A program made the position numbers and the translations under genes. A stretch of 47,376 nt of DNA from a virus (lineage: Duplodnaviria; Caudoviricetes). The notes beneath the pieces were generated by a model. The model was given only the letters and a program-made list of their open reading frames with translations, was not told where the DNA came from and did no database searches. Position 1 is the first letter of the stretch. Every line of letters starts with the position of its first letter. Shown piece by piece: positions 29,101 through 38,436 of the stretch. The stretch covers positions 1 to 47,376 of IMG/VR virus record IMGVR_UViG_3300027780_000024; one strand, 5' to 3'.

Positions 29101-32100
29101 TCCAAATAATTCTACACTTTCATTATTTCTACTATACAATGTTTGGGTTAACTCAAAGAATCCTGTTGTTTTATTTTTCGTTAAGATAAACACCCGTCCT
29201 TGATCATACAAAACTTCAGTTGGGTTTTCTGCATTACGTTGTACTTCTGATCTAGATTCACCAATTGCTAATACGTTTCCATCTGAACTAATAGAAATAT
29301 CAGCTCCCCAATTTGTATCTGTAGTTGACCAAGTATCATTAGTACTTAACGATGCAGTAAAATTAGTTTCAAGGATGCTTTGGTGCCTTTGATAATTACC
29401 GTTTACATTTCTGTAAACTACAACTTGATTGCTACCATAGTCATAACTAGCTAATCCTACTAGTACTTCGCCGTCTTTTGATATGTCAATTCTGCTAAAG
29501 TTGTACATACTTCCTTGATCAAGAACTGTACTAGGATCGGAACTATCAAATATTGGTACAATTTCTGTGTTGTTAGGAACATATCCTAAGTAATCTATAG
29601 CAGATGATTGTTGTACCCAATATGTTTCATTAAAAGGTCCAGGAGATAAATTAGTAGTTGCTTTAAATATTGCCCCATCAAGATACATAAGATCGTTAGT
29701 TTGATAAGAAACAAGAGTTGAATATGTTCCTTGGAATGTTTTGTCTTTGGCTAATTCCCAGTTCCAAATGTTACCAGTTGCATCAGTACCATTATTAATA
29801 AAATATACACGACCTCGCATATATGTACTATCTGTTAAGTCTTGCCCCGATGCATTAAAAAGATCTAAACTCTTATAATCATTTCCTGCGTGAATAAAGG
29901 CTCTATATAATTTATTTGCTTTTCTTATTTTAATATCAGAACCTAAGTAAAATTCACTTACTGCTTCAGGAACAATATATGATTGTACAAGTCGAAAAGA
30001 ATTACTAGTACCAGTTTCATATACAGTATACATTCCTTGATGTGTTAAAGAACTTGCTGTTGCATCAGAAGTAGCCGGAATACTATATATATTGTCCCAA
30101 TCGTTGTTTACCGTTGATGGTATATTGGCCGCAACAGGAACGCCTTCAACTATGTTTGATTCATAAAACCAATACTCAAAGTTAGTTGCAAAGCTAGTAG
30201 TTGGTACTGGAATATCTATTCCAGAATCTACTACAATTAGTTTTCCAATTCCTTCATCGGCTAATCCTAAAGATTTTTTCTGTGTCTCTCCCATAACACG
30301 ATTAACTTGATATAGTGGACTTGCATCACCAGGAGTACCTATAAATTCTATTTCAGCATTATTGTTAAACAACGATCCGTTTGACCAGTCTCCAGTAACA
30401 CCAGTAACAAAAATTGTTGCATCTAATGCATCTCGTTGATAGAAAGTAACTATGCCAGTTGCTTCAGTTGTTACATCTCTAACAGTATCACCTACTCTAG
30501 GTTCAAACGGTTCACCAAACAAGTTAAATTTAGTAAATCGAAATTTTATATATCCATCCCATAATGCATCAACAGTTAGTGTTTTATTAAGAACGGCATA
30601 AGATAACTCAAGTACAGTAGGATCGTTTGCTAGTAATGTACCGTACCTAGGTAACGTTGGCATGTAAAATTTAAATGTACTTGCTGCTGACAGAGTATCA
30701 GTAAGAGCCTTTGGAGCTCTTATAACATATTTGGAACTTAAAAACGGATCTGTTACGCCTCCTGCGCCAGGGAGGCCTTGGTAACTTAATGTTTCTATAT
30801 AACTTGCAAAAGTATCTTCACTAGATACAGTTGCAGTTTCATAATCTCTAGAATTATAATAATAATTTGTTGGTGTTGAACTATCTGTTACTGCTTCTTG
30901 ATATATTAATCCACGTCCTTGATCTGATGTGGTTGTAAATACCTGATATGATCCTGGCACTGCTATCATCCAAAAACCGTCATAATAGCTATCAACATTT
31001 AAAGTTTCTGAAGGAGCAGCAGTTTCGTATTCTCCTACAAAATCACCTCCATCAAGAAACAGACTATCAGTTTTATTAAAGACTCCTGTTATATCATTAA
31101 TATATAATCCAATGCTTCCGGCGGCTTCATATGAATATACTACTATACCTGTACCGGTTTGCGTTTTAATTTTTTGACCAACAGTTGGTTGATTAGTAAA
31201 CGAAGAAATCTTTAATACTGCATCAACTTTCATTAATATTGTATGTTCGCCAGTAAAGAACGATGAACTTAATTCAGGTATTCCTGCTCCAACAAACGGT
31301 TCTAAGTCAGTGTAGGTTGCTTGTGATTGATTTGCTATTGTTTTTGTATTCCATTTTAACTTAACAACATCACCAACGTCCATACCTGCATACATAACTT
31401 TAGGTGCTTTAATTAACACATGATCTGTAGTTATACTAGTAAAAGGATACTTACCTGTTAATATTACATTAACTTGTGGAGAAGTTTCAGTAGTATTTCC
31501 GATTGATTCAATTTGCTGTGCTACTGTAGAAAAACTTGAAAATTGTACATTATCAGATTGTGGAACAATTGCTGTTGTAGATTTCCACAATTTGTTATTA
31601 TAAAAAACAATGTCATCTGTTACATATGCTGTTGTAGGATTGTACTCTTGTTTATATTTTGTTTTTACTTTACTGGCGCTTGGAGATCCAACAATTAAAA
31701 ACTTTCCGTCTTCAGATAATGCAACACTTGCACCAAATCTTTGTAAATCAGGATCAGTTAATAGTGCATGCTTAGATTCGTCAAATGCGATACCACCAGT
31801 ATGATCCTCAGTTACTTTATAAAAATTGTTACTATGTTTTACAATTTCATTAACACTATATTCATAATATCTATAAAACTCAATATATGTAACCGCGTTA
31901 TCTCGCGGTGCTTCTAACGTTTGTGCTAATACAAGATTTCCGTTTGCAGAAGATCTTCTATATATATAAACTTTGCCATCATCTTCATTAGGTGAACCAA
32001 CAGCTAATATAGTATTACTAGTGTTTGCTGACATTGATGTTGCAAAATATTCATTGTTAATAGATTTGATACTACTAATATCTTGTAACTTTGAAAATGC

Positions 32101-35100
32101 TGCTGTGTTTTCGTACACTTTCCATTTATTAGTATCTGCTGAATCTACCCAGAATTTTGATTTTGTTGATGCTAGTTTTTGTGCTATTATGTTTAGTGAA
32201 GCTAAGTTAGCTGTTCTTACAGAAACTAGTTTACTTAATCTACCAACACATGTCTCAATATCTTCAACAGGTTCAGTAGTTATAAATGTAATCTTTTCTA
32301 AACTTATAGACTTAACTTTAAAAAATGCCCCAATTGCTGCTTTAGCAGTTTGAGCACTTGCAAATGAACTATCTGCAGCATCTAACGTTGTAGAAATTAA
32401 ATCATAAACTCCAAATATATCATCTTTTAAGATATTTTGTGGCGTTGAATTTAATACTACAGTAAATTCTGTTGCGCCGCCTATAACTTTTTCAACCTTA
32501 AAATTAGTGTCTTCGTGTTTATATATATTCCAACTTAACTTATCGTTACCTACCCATATAAGATCGCCTTGATTACAAGTTGAGAAATCAATATTTAATA
32601 TTGAATCAAAAGTATTAACAATAAACTTTACATCTTCTTGGTCAACGTATCCACTATCTTTAATATATCCTTGTTCTGAAGCAACATACTTTGAGGGGAA
32701 CGGTGCATGAGTATATTTATTTGGTTTTAAATAAGTTTGGTATGGTTGAATTCGATATATTAAATCTGTCTCTTCACCGGTTATACTTTTTACTAGTTCA
32801 ATTGGTTGCGGAGACAATCTAAACTGTGATTCATCTAACTTATATTCAACTTCTTCAAATCCTGCAGAAGCACCATACTGTCCTTTTTTAATTGCCCATT
32901 CTTCGTAAAATTCTAAACTCTCTTTATCATCATTACCTAGTACATCAAATAGTTTTGTTAATGAATTTAATGTACCTTTGTCCTGAATGAATCCTTGATA
33001 AAATTTATACTGACTAACATCGTCATTAATAATATTTTCTAAGTATTTTCTTTTCTGGTACCCGATTAAGTGCTGAGCCATTCGTTGTTGCTCAGCATCA
33101 AAATTATCACTGTCTAAGTCATAGAAATCTGCAAATTGGTTTGTCTTATATTCAAAGTTAGGCGTTAACCCAGGAGATGGTTTCTTATCTAATCTATTCC
33201 ATATGGTTGGATTAAACGTTTCTGTTCCTGGAATCTTTTTACTAGCTGAATAATAAAATTCTTTTTGTTTAACAATATCACCAATGAAATAATCTCTATT
33301 TGATTCCCAATTAGTTATAGTTGCCTGATCATAAACAAATCCTTCAATGTTAAGACTACCGTCCCAATTGGTTGTTCTGTAACCAAGTACTTTTATTCGT
33401 TCTTGTCTATACCCTGGCTCTGGGTCATAAATTGTATCACTAAACACTGTTTTGTTATCTAGTAATACTACGTGTTCTCTTTGTATTAATGCAAGTTTTA
33501 TTGCAAATATACCATCAGCAGTATTCTTAGGTCTTAAAATAAACTCATTAGGATCTTGTCGGTCAAGTTGTACAAAATCTTCTGTAAGTTTTTTCCCATC
33601 AACTTTAAGAAGTGTATGTCCAACATATGGATCAAAAATATTATCAACTACACTATAAAGTGATTTAAATTTTAATTGTGAAGAACTAGGACTTAAACTT
33701 ATTAACGTTCCTTCTGCCCAATTATGTAATGTCCAATAAGTAAATTCTTTTGTTGAAGTTTCCCAGTTATCTACTACACCTTCATCTGCTCTATAATTAT
33801 CAAATACAAATCCAATAGATTCTAAATACTTTCCGTATCCTTGTAAAAAATCTGCTACCTCTTGTATTGTTTTTAAAACAGTACCATATGCTAATTCTAA
33901 CGGAGCAAAAGTTGCATACTCTCTTCTTAGGATTAATTCTCTGCCGCCAGTTACTGGTAGCTTTGGTAAGGTTGCAAAATTGCTTGCATCAAACGAACCT
34001 GCAATATGTTGTTTTGTTACTCTATAAAATTGTCCACTATTTTCAACTGTAGTACCTACTACATACGTACGACCTGATTCAAATTCTAGATAGGGATCTG
34101 ATGTTCCGCCTATTGTAATTACAGGATCTTTATCTCTTTCAAACGGTACAAAATATTTAAATGAAGGCGCCGAGGTATCATAACCTTTAATTTTATATCC
34201 GTTAGATTGCCGTTCTATCATCACTCCACTATAACTAACTATTTCTACTGGAGAGCTTTTGTTAAGAAAGATACTATAATTCTCTTCTGGTACAAAAACA
34301 TTACCTTCGTTTAACGGTGTTCTGCTATCTAAAATTAATTTAAATTTATTCTTATCAGTATATCCGCCAACCTTAAATCCTATTTGATTCGTAATAGACC
34401 TTAACGATGTTTTATAATTTGTGTAACTTAGAACAACACTTGCTGACATATATCCTGCTACATAATTTACTAGCCCAGAAGTAAATGTTTGTGTAGAATC
34501 TAAATGCGTATTTGGAAAAACTAAGTTTGATAATTGAATTTGGTTATTATCAGTTTTGTATATAATTTGTTTTGTTAAGTTTCTTACTTGGTTAATTCTG
34601 TCAAACCCCGTGGCTAAAACTTTAGATGGTTGACTTAATGTCCAGCTAGTAATTAATGAGAACGGAAATTCACTACTTCTTCTCCAAGCAGTTTCTGTAG
34701 GAGCTTCATCTCCAAATTTAAACGAATCATTTAAATTTCCAGAATTAAAATTTTGAGCATAACCCGAATCATTCGGACTTAACAAATTACCATTTTCATC
34801 AACTGGAATATGTGTTAATAGACCTGGTCTCTTATATTTGTTTAGAATTTTAATTTTTGTTTTAGGTTCTCTAACAATACCATTTTGAAGATCGTTCCAT
34901 AAAATTAAATTATCTTTTGTATACGGTGCAGGACCATAAGTTGTTTTCCACCAAGTAGGCATTACTGAAAATCCTACCATTTCCCATGGATGGGTATGAG
35001 GTCTGTCAGTATCATATGCTTGACGATATACTGCTCTCCAAAAACCCGGTAATATGGTTCCGTTTGGAGATGTCATTGATGCGTAGTTAAATGTCCAGGA

Positions 35101-38100
35101 ATTAGTTCTATTAAAAAATTTACTATTTGTATAATCAGCATCAACTAAATTAGACCATTGCATAAAATCTGATAACATAGGAGTATCTACTGATGATTTA
35201 CTAAAATCAGTAGTTCTAAATTCGCCACCTTTAAAATTATCTAAATCAAATAATGAAGTATCATACTTAACTTTTAAATTATTATAAATCCGTTTTTCTA
35301 ATTCTATTAAAAGATTATCTCTATAATCTTCATAAGCAACTATTATACTTCCGTCGTGTCCTTGTACTACTTTAGTTGGAGTTTGGTATGTATCATCTAT
35401 GAATATTTCAGGCACAAATGCAGGATATAATCCTAGCTTAGTTGGAGTTGGGGGAACATAACTTCCGTTTGTAGTTTCGTATTCGTAAATGTCAAGTAAA
35501 TCGCCTTTTACTTTAGTTGCAGTAACTGAACAAAAACCTTCGCTGTTAAATGTATAATCGTTACCGTGAATTAACTGTACATTATTTAAATAAACTTGTA
35601 CTGAATCTCTGCTTGGTGTATTTAAACTAAACACCTTAGTTAATGAAAAGTACTGCTGAGTTGAATCGTCTACTGTATATGTAGTTTTCTTTACAGATCC
35701 TTGAGGAATCATATCTGAGAAATAAAACGGCATTGAGTTTATTTTATCTTTGTTTATTTCTACTAAGATTCTATCAACGTGATCTTTAACAGGACCTTCC
35801 CAACCTAATTCATTTGCAACTTGTAAAAATAATCTTTTAAATTTTCCGTATTCTTTTCGTGCAAATCGTATCGAAGATATTAAGTTAGAATTTTGATCCA
35901 ACACACTATACATTGCTAGGTTTAATGGTGAACTATGCTTAATAAATTTATTACCAAATTGTGTTACATTTCCTAAATCTCTTAAATTACTTGAACCTGG
36001 AAATTTACCTGCAAAATCTGGTAAGTCTTCAACCATACTAGATACGTGACTGTTTACTTCACCTAGTGTAAATTCGCCAATATTATTATTTAATGGGTTT
36101 CTTTCTAAGTTACTTGGAAAGTCATAATATCCATTATCATTCTTAACTGCAGCCGACGTTGTTTTAATAACAACTAGATCGCCGTCTGTTAAACTAGTTA
36201 ATGAAGTGAATGCTGGTGATAAAAATGTAATTGAAGAAAAATTATTAACCGTAGTACCCACTGTGTAATCAATATCTTTAAGTTTTAATTCATTATTTAA
36301 AAACACAGTAACAGATAAATCTGCTAATGAAGCACTATCATCATATACATCTATATCAAACACTGAAGTAGAATTATCAAAGACGTATTTTCTTATAACA
36401 GGTTGTTTACTGTCAGTTGGTGCTTTTTGCCAGGCGTTTGCATTTATGTATTCAGTTCTATTTGAATAATGTTGAAGAAAAGATACATCTGTATTTTTAT
36501 AGTATAAATCGTTATTATCTAGATACTCAAATAGTTCATTTAATAAATTAAAATTAAATGTAATATCACCAACGTTTGTTATTGTTCTATATGATAGAAC
36601 AATGCCAACTTCAGCATCAGCTGTTCCAATAACTCCTTCTTTATAGCTAAAGATTTTGTTACCCGTAAACGTTGAAGAATTATAAATTGTAGTATCACTA
36701 TAACTAACATTATTCTCATCAAACAAATCAAATAATGGTGCTTGGTTTACTTTAGTTTTTGTTTGTGCTTGTGTCCAAGAAGTTCCATTATAATAATACA
36801 TTAACCCTTTGTACGTAGTACCTTGAGTAACTAATACTACTTCATTAGACAATGGTTTAGAATATGTTACATCAATTAATGAAATTTGTTTTATAGTTTG
36901 GTCAATTTCAATTCCTGGTCCATCAAAATTAAAAAACTTAACTTCAAAAATTCTTCCGTTAACTAATGGGTCTGGATCAGCAGTAAACAAGATCCTCATA
37001 CCATTAATTAAATCTACACCATCAATATTATATCCTGTACTACCTTCAATAGTAGAAAATACATCTTTAGTATGCGTATCTAAAAGATTAACATTTTCTT
37101 TAATACTAGTTCCAAAATTAAATAGTTTTAATCCTGATTCAAATTCAATAATTGGTCGTTTTGCTCTTGCAGACTGATCTACATTAATTGGCTGATTGTT
37201 TAATACTGCACTTTGTTCAATAACAGATTTGTGGAACCATCTATTATATCTACTCCATAAATTTCCGTCTTTAGCACTGCGATTAATTAACATGTAATCT
37301 CGAACAGTTGGATAACCAATAGCTGTATCAAACGGTTGTCTGTCAAATCCTTGTGCATCAAAATTAATAGCCACGTCATTAACAAACGCACTAGGCACTG
37401 TTAATTCTGATTCGTTGATAAGAACAATTTTATCGCCTACACCTTCAACGTAATATTCACCAGTAGCATATTTTGCAGGAGTTACATCACCAATAAAATT
37501 AACTTTCATTCCGTTGGTTAAACTAAACCCTGTTCCAGTAGTATATGTTTTCTTTCCTAATATCTCTGCATCAATATCAATAAATGATGCTTCGTCTATA
37601 TTAGCAACTTTTACTAGTCCTGCAGCATTAACATCGTTATCGGCAACATAGTATAATATACTAGGCGTATCAGCAGTTGGAGTAAATGTTATTGTGCCGT
37701 TTTCAGTTCCTTGATTATCAACCCCTGTTGATAATAAAAATGAATCATCTAAATCACGCTTTGATCTAATTGTAAACGGTAGCCCTGGGGTATTAATTTC
37801 AAACTTGTATGTAATACCTCTATATAATTTAATAGTTGGATTTTGTGTTAATCCATCTGGAGAGAAAACGTATCCAAAATTGTCGACATTGTCAGCCAAT
37901 GAAACTGTATAAGTGCTTACTACTTCTGTAGTTTGTCCTCGAACATCTACAACTTGTGGTCCACTTGGAAGCCAATAGTACTCTCTAAAATTAATAAATT
38001 TGTCCCAATCAATATGTGGGTTCCAACTATAATATTCTTGTTTATTAGTAATACTATGATCTTTAATCTTTGGATTAAGGCTTGACAGTTGATTCATATA

Positions 38101-38415
38101 GTCATTGTAATCTTTATAGAATGTTACAGTATCTAAACTATCTTTAATAACAGTAGCTGGTTCAAATTGATAATCTTGTCTGCTAGTTGAAATATCACCA
38201 ACATAATTATCATCTTTATTAAATGAAGCAGCTGTTTCTCTACCAAAATAACCATTTAATTTTTCAACAGAGCCAGGTTGTATTAATTGATCTAATGTAC
38301 TAGATAAAAACTTACTATTAGGAACTGTTCTAAAATATCTAGGTAGGTGCTCTTCGCTTTTTCTTTTTGCGTTAGGATCACCGTTTCCACTTTTTTGATT
38401 ATTATCAAATGCCAT
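23113..38415 (-). CDS. Giant (5100 aa) multidomain baseplate wedge/adhesin-like virion protein (gp7 position)
   Basis: Uninterrupted 15.3-kb ORF right after the gp6-like gene; FG-GAP-like propeller repeats, CBM5/12-like repeats, G-x-GY-x3-P repeats, V-x-x-NG...DY beta-sandwich repeats. Confidence 0.8.
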   Translation of the reverse strand: MAFDNNQKSGNGDPNAKRKSEEHLPRYFRTVPNSKFLSSTLDQLIQPGSVEKLNGYFGRETAASFNKDDNYVGDISTSRQDYQFEPATVIKDSLDTVTFYKDYNDYMNQLSSLNPKIKDHSITNKQEYYSWNPHIDWDKFINFREYYWLPSGPQVVDVRGQTTEVVSTYTVSLADNVDNFGYVFSPDGLTQNPTIKLYRGITYKFEINTPGLPFTIRSKRDLDDSFLLSTGVDNQGTENGTITFTPTADTPSILYYVADNDVNAAGLVKVANIDEASFIDIDAEILGKKTYTTGTGFSLTNGMKVNFIGDVTPAKYATGEYYVEGVGDKIVLINESELTVPSAFVNDVAINFDAQGFDRQPFDTAIGYPTVRDYMLINRSAKDGNLWSRYNRWFHKSVIEQSAVLNNQPINVDQSARAKRPIIEFESGLKLFNFGTSIKENVNLLDTHTKDVFSTIEGSTGYNIDGVDLINGMRILFTADPDPLVNGRIFEVKFFNFDGPGIEIDQTIKQISLIDVTYSKPLSNEVVLVTQGTTYKGLMYYYNGTSWTQAQTKTKVNQAPLFDLFDENNVSYSDTTIYNSSTFTGNKIFSYKEGVIGTADAEVGIVLSYRTITNVGDITFNFNLLNELFEYLDNNDLYYKNTDVSFLQHYSNRTEYINANAWQKAPTDSKQPVIRKYVFDNSTSVFDIDVYDDSASLADLSVTVFLNNELKLKDIDYTVGTTVNNFSSITFLSPAFTSLTSLTDGDLVVIKTTSAAVKNDNGYYDFPSNLERNPLNNNIGEFTLGEVNSHVSSMVEDLPDFAGKFPGSSNLRDLGNVTQFGNKFIKHSSPLNLAMYSVLDQNSNLISSIRFARKEYGKFKRLFLQVANELGWEGPVKDHVDRILVEINKDKINSMPFYFSDMIPQGSVKKTTYTVDDSTQQYFSLTKVFSLNTPSRDSVQVYLNNVQLIHGNDYTFNSEGFCSVTATKVKGDLLDIYEYETTNGSYVPPTPTKLGLYPAFVPEIFIDDTYQTPTKVVQGHDGSIIVAYEDYRDNLLIELEKRIYNNLKVKYDTSLFDLDNFKGGEFRTTDFSKSSVDTPMLSDFMQWSNLVDADYTNSKFFNRTNSWTFNYASMTSPNGTILPGFWRAVYRQAYDTDRPHTHPWEMVGFSVMPTWWKTTYGPAPYTKDNLILWNDLQNGIVREPKTKIKILNKYKRPGLLTHIPVDENGNLLSPNDSGYAQNFNSGNLNDSFKFGDEAPTETAWRRSSEFPFSLITSWTLSQPSKVLATGFDRINQVRNLTKQIIYKTDNNQIQLSNLVFPNTHLDSTQTFTSGLVNYVAGYMSASVVLSYTNYKTSLRSITNQIGFKVGGYTDKNKFKLILDSRTPLNEGNVFVPEENYSIFLNKSSPVEIVSYSGVMIERQSNGYKIKGYDTSAPSFKYFVPFERDKDPVITIGGTSDPYLEFESGRTYVVGTTVENSGQFYRVTKQHIAGSFDASNFATLPKLPVTGGRELILRREYATFAPLELAYGTVLKTIQEVADFLQGYGKYLESIGFVFDNYRADEGVVDNWETSTKEFTYWTLHNWAEGTLISLSPSSSQLKFKSLYSVVDNIFDPYVGHTLLKVDGKKLTEDFVQLDRQDPNEFILRPKNTADGIFAIKLALIQREHVVLLDNKTVFSDTIYDPEPGYRQERIKVLGYRTTNWDGSLNIEGFVYDQATITNWESNRDYFIGDIVKQKEFYYSASKKIPGTETFNPTIWNRLDKKPSPGLTPNFEYKTNQFADFYDLDSDNFDAEQQRMAQHLIGYQKRKYLENIINDDVSQYKFYQGFIQDKGTLNSLTKLFDVLGNDDKESLEFYEEWAIKKGQYGASAGFEEVEYKLDESQFRLSPQPIELVKSITGEETDLIYRIQPYQTYLKPNKYTHAPFPSKYVASEQGYIKDSGYVDQEDVKFIVNTFDSILNIDFSTCNQGDLIWVGNDKLSWNIYKHEDTNFKVEKVIGGATEFTVVLNSTPQNILKDDIFGVYDLISTTLDAADSSFASAQTAKAAIGAFFKVKSISLEKITFITTEPVEDIETCVGRLSKLVSVRTANLASLNIIAQKLASTKSKFWVDSADTNKWKVYENTAAFSKLQDISSIKSINNEYFATSMSANTSNTILAVGSPNEDDGKVYIYRRSSANGNLVLAQTLEAPRDNAVTYIEFYRYYEYSVNEIVKHSNNFYKVTEDHTGGIAFDESKHALLTDPDLQRFGASVALSEDGKFLIVGSPSASKVKTKYKQEYNPTTAYVTDDIVFYNNKLWKSTTAIVPQSDNVQFSSFSTVAQQIESIGNTTETSPQVNVILTGKYPFTSITTDHVLIKAPKVMYAGMDVGDVVKLKWNTKTIANQSQATYTDLEPFVGAGIPELSSSFFTGEHTILMKVDAVLKISSFTNQPTVGQKIKTQTGTGIVVYSYEAAGSIGLYINDITGVFNKTDSLFLDGGDFVGEYETAAPSETLNVDSYYDGFWMIAVPGSYQVFTTTSDQGRGLIYQEAVTDSSTPTNYYYNSRDYETATVSSEDTFASYIETLSYQGLPGAGGVTDPFLSSKYVIRAPKALTDTLSAASTFKFYMPTLPRYGTLLANDPTVLELSYAVLNKTLTVDALWDGYIKFRFTKFNLFGEPFEPRVGDTVRDVTTEATGIVTFYQRDALDATIFVTGVTGDWSNGSLFNNNAEIEFIGTPGDASPLYQVNRVMGETQKKSLGLADEGIGKLIVVDSGIDIPVPTTSFATNFEYWFYESNIVEGVPVAANIPSTVNNDWDNIYSIPATSDATASSLTHQGMYTVYETGTSNSFRLVQSYIVPEAVSEFYLGSDIKIRKANKLYRAFIHAGNDYKSLDLFNASGQDLTDSTYMRGRVYFINNGTDATGNIWNWELAKDKTFQGTYSTLVSYQTNDLMYLDGAIFKATTNLSPGPFNETYWVQQSSAIDYLGYVPNNTEIVPIFDSSDPSTVLDQGSMYNFSRIDISKDGEVLVGLASYDYGSNQVVVYRNVNGNYQRHQSILETNFTASLSTNDTWSTTDTNWGADISISSDGNVLAIGESRSEVQRNAENPTEVLYDQGRVFILTKNKTTGFFELTQTLYSRNNESVELFGTALSFDINTLAITAKNADSKTTTIFDSTNESLQTTFDNNFTTFSKKYVDTGVVYLYELVEDTLVYGQTLSYINEDSTQAVANSNQINSVKDFGIHLYANNNQVYVGLPTQTVAAGTNGAVINYRKLPTANIWKTHSAPKDTVDTNKIKKVLLYNTKENKLVTYLDYIDPIQGKIPGIAEQELSYKLYYDPAVYTTGTEVVNVSKSGVWGPEQIGKLWWDLSTSKFKSPYQRNTIFSSNTWNTQFTGNSIDVYEWVESTLLPSEWNETSQTDEGVTEDITGTTKYGDTVFVSKRVFDSVSQTFSLKYYYWVKGKITTPLIEGRNISSFNVARYINDPAGMGYKFINFISPTSFVLHNCESFLEGTDIALSIQYWTIENQNINIHNEYQLFTAGLDTSRPNKDIERKWFDSLIGYDKQGRAVPDYTLSVKERYGILNTPRQSWFVNRAEALKQVVERVNGVLLQNLIIDDKIITPLLSKEATPLASNNTFDLTVDTFEDLEFVGSAKVSQAILTPVIIDGKIVRVTITDAGRGYKVVPNVTINGNFETPANITLTINSVGSVTAATVTDQGTGYSTLTTLDIRRFAVLVKTDSSLLGKWAVYERSVNNDVWIRRKSQSYDTSLFWNYIDWYATSYNEFTTINHLISSSYQLEALDDSTGDIIKIENVGTGGWLLLEKIDNSTSIDYTINYKTVGRQNGTIKFLPKIYNTGVSGYDSESFDIKVYDAQPVQETDIILKAIRDNLLIDELAIEYNNLFLSSIRYVFSEQGLVDWAFKTSFVKARHNVGNLNKKITFQNDNLPSYEEYLKEVKPFKSKLREYISDYNYLNISGNLITDFDLPPRWDDATKSIIPQAVKIIDNVIVGTNADLTTYPNKNWVDNMSYKIKLVEIADAGSGYTQPPVINFVGQDASTTDTGSGATAIAILGSGGKIASVEITNSGSGYLNPPVVEINGSTIDGGTPAKLIAVIGNGLVRGLHSTIKFDRISGSFIITKLSESETFTGTGSTFIFNLVFPMDLRTNTIEITIAGELALQSEYTYTNVKDITKGYDRYSGRVTFTIPPADGTAIVIKYKKPIELLTAADRINLFYDPVAGQFGNELSQVMDGIDYGGVEVKSFEFGGSSGWDALPWFTDSWDTYDTTYEDEVFTLDGSTISITLSKPLENGVVYNLYRNGVRLDDPNWTEIFDSSIIKNPNAIMQSITGDGTTTVIELQELEIPTSVDDVIIVRKITSDGSFINDPESYDTSLTGGTLAYNSATGLRAEDITIDGDGFVTPTTSKGPEEIIPGQVLDTVDIAVYERPTGGSSIIVNRNYVGDGVTSSFELGKTPFTASSLFVKVGNDILEPTTDDSTLGYTVNYTNKTINFETAPVNGARINLTLVEVAGLQILDIDSFISDGSSNRFETNMRWTDNVQSIATSNGVKLDSVLVKSTGLYPNNVELVLASPLRAGAVVRYALFIGDGTDVNTFSQVIVDEFVEGGLGSLDDSTQNFVQDGTNYTMTLSQAPFSYGPAGIHTLVQIGDKILHSGYNQAFTISDTREYKLDLWQVPVATLQNSAIEVYLNGRLLEYSTQWSFIGAEAFDSDTPLDQQIGSTINLAQDIGKTGDELLVYLINESEYKFGSFEQQGDSSTVFVPTPTVISFTSDRVAGTKVKVYQFSNSVGQKFERESYTVTEKTPITKGSSAYYFLNNLRAGLFKLRTPAVDSKYVWVILNGTLLLADVDYSVTEDNKYVKLVNQLNENDRIEVLHFGNPTVITKFGWRQFKDMLNRTHYKRIDGEKNHILAKDLRPYDKTIELVDASLITTIPPGSKYPGIIWVNGERIEYRIKEGNLLKQLQRGTLGTGVPPIHPYGVEVYDQSIDASMPYKDETLSTIFTADGTSTTFDLDFTPGAGGTNEFEVFVAGKRLRKNAIASYKFESINDLGVTVSSTSQDSGEGDITLAAEFTVLGNVLTLLNAPGENQKIIILRKQGKRWTVPGTALSKADSDPARFLRAASVDLPR

Positions 38416-38436
38416 TTTTAAATTCTTCCCTTAGGG

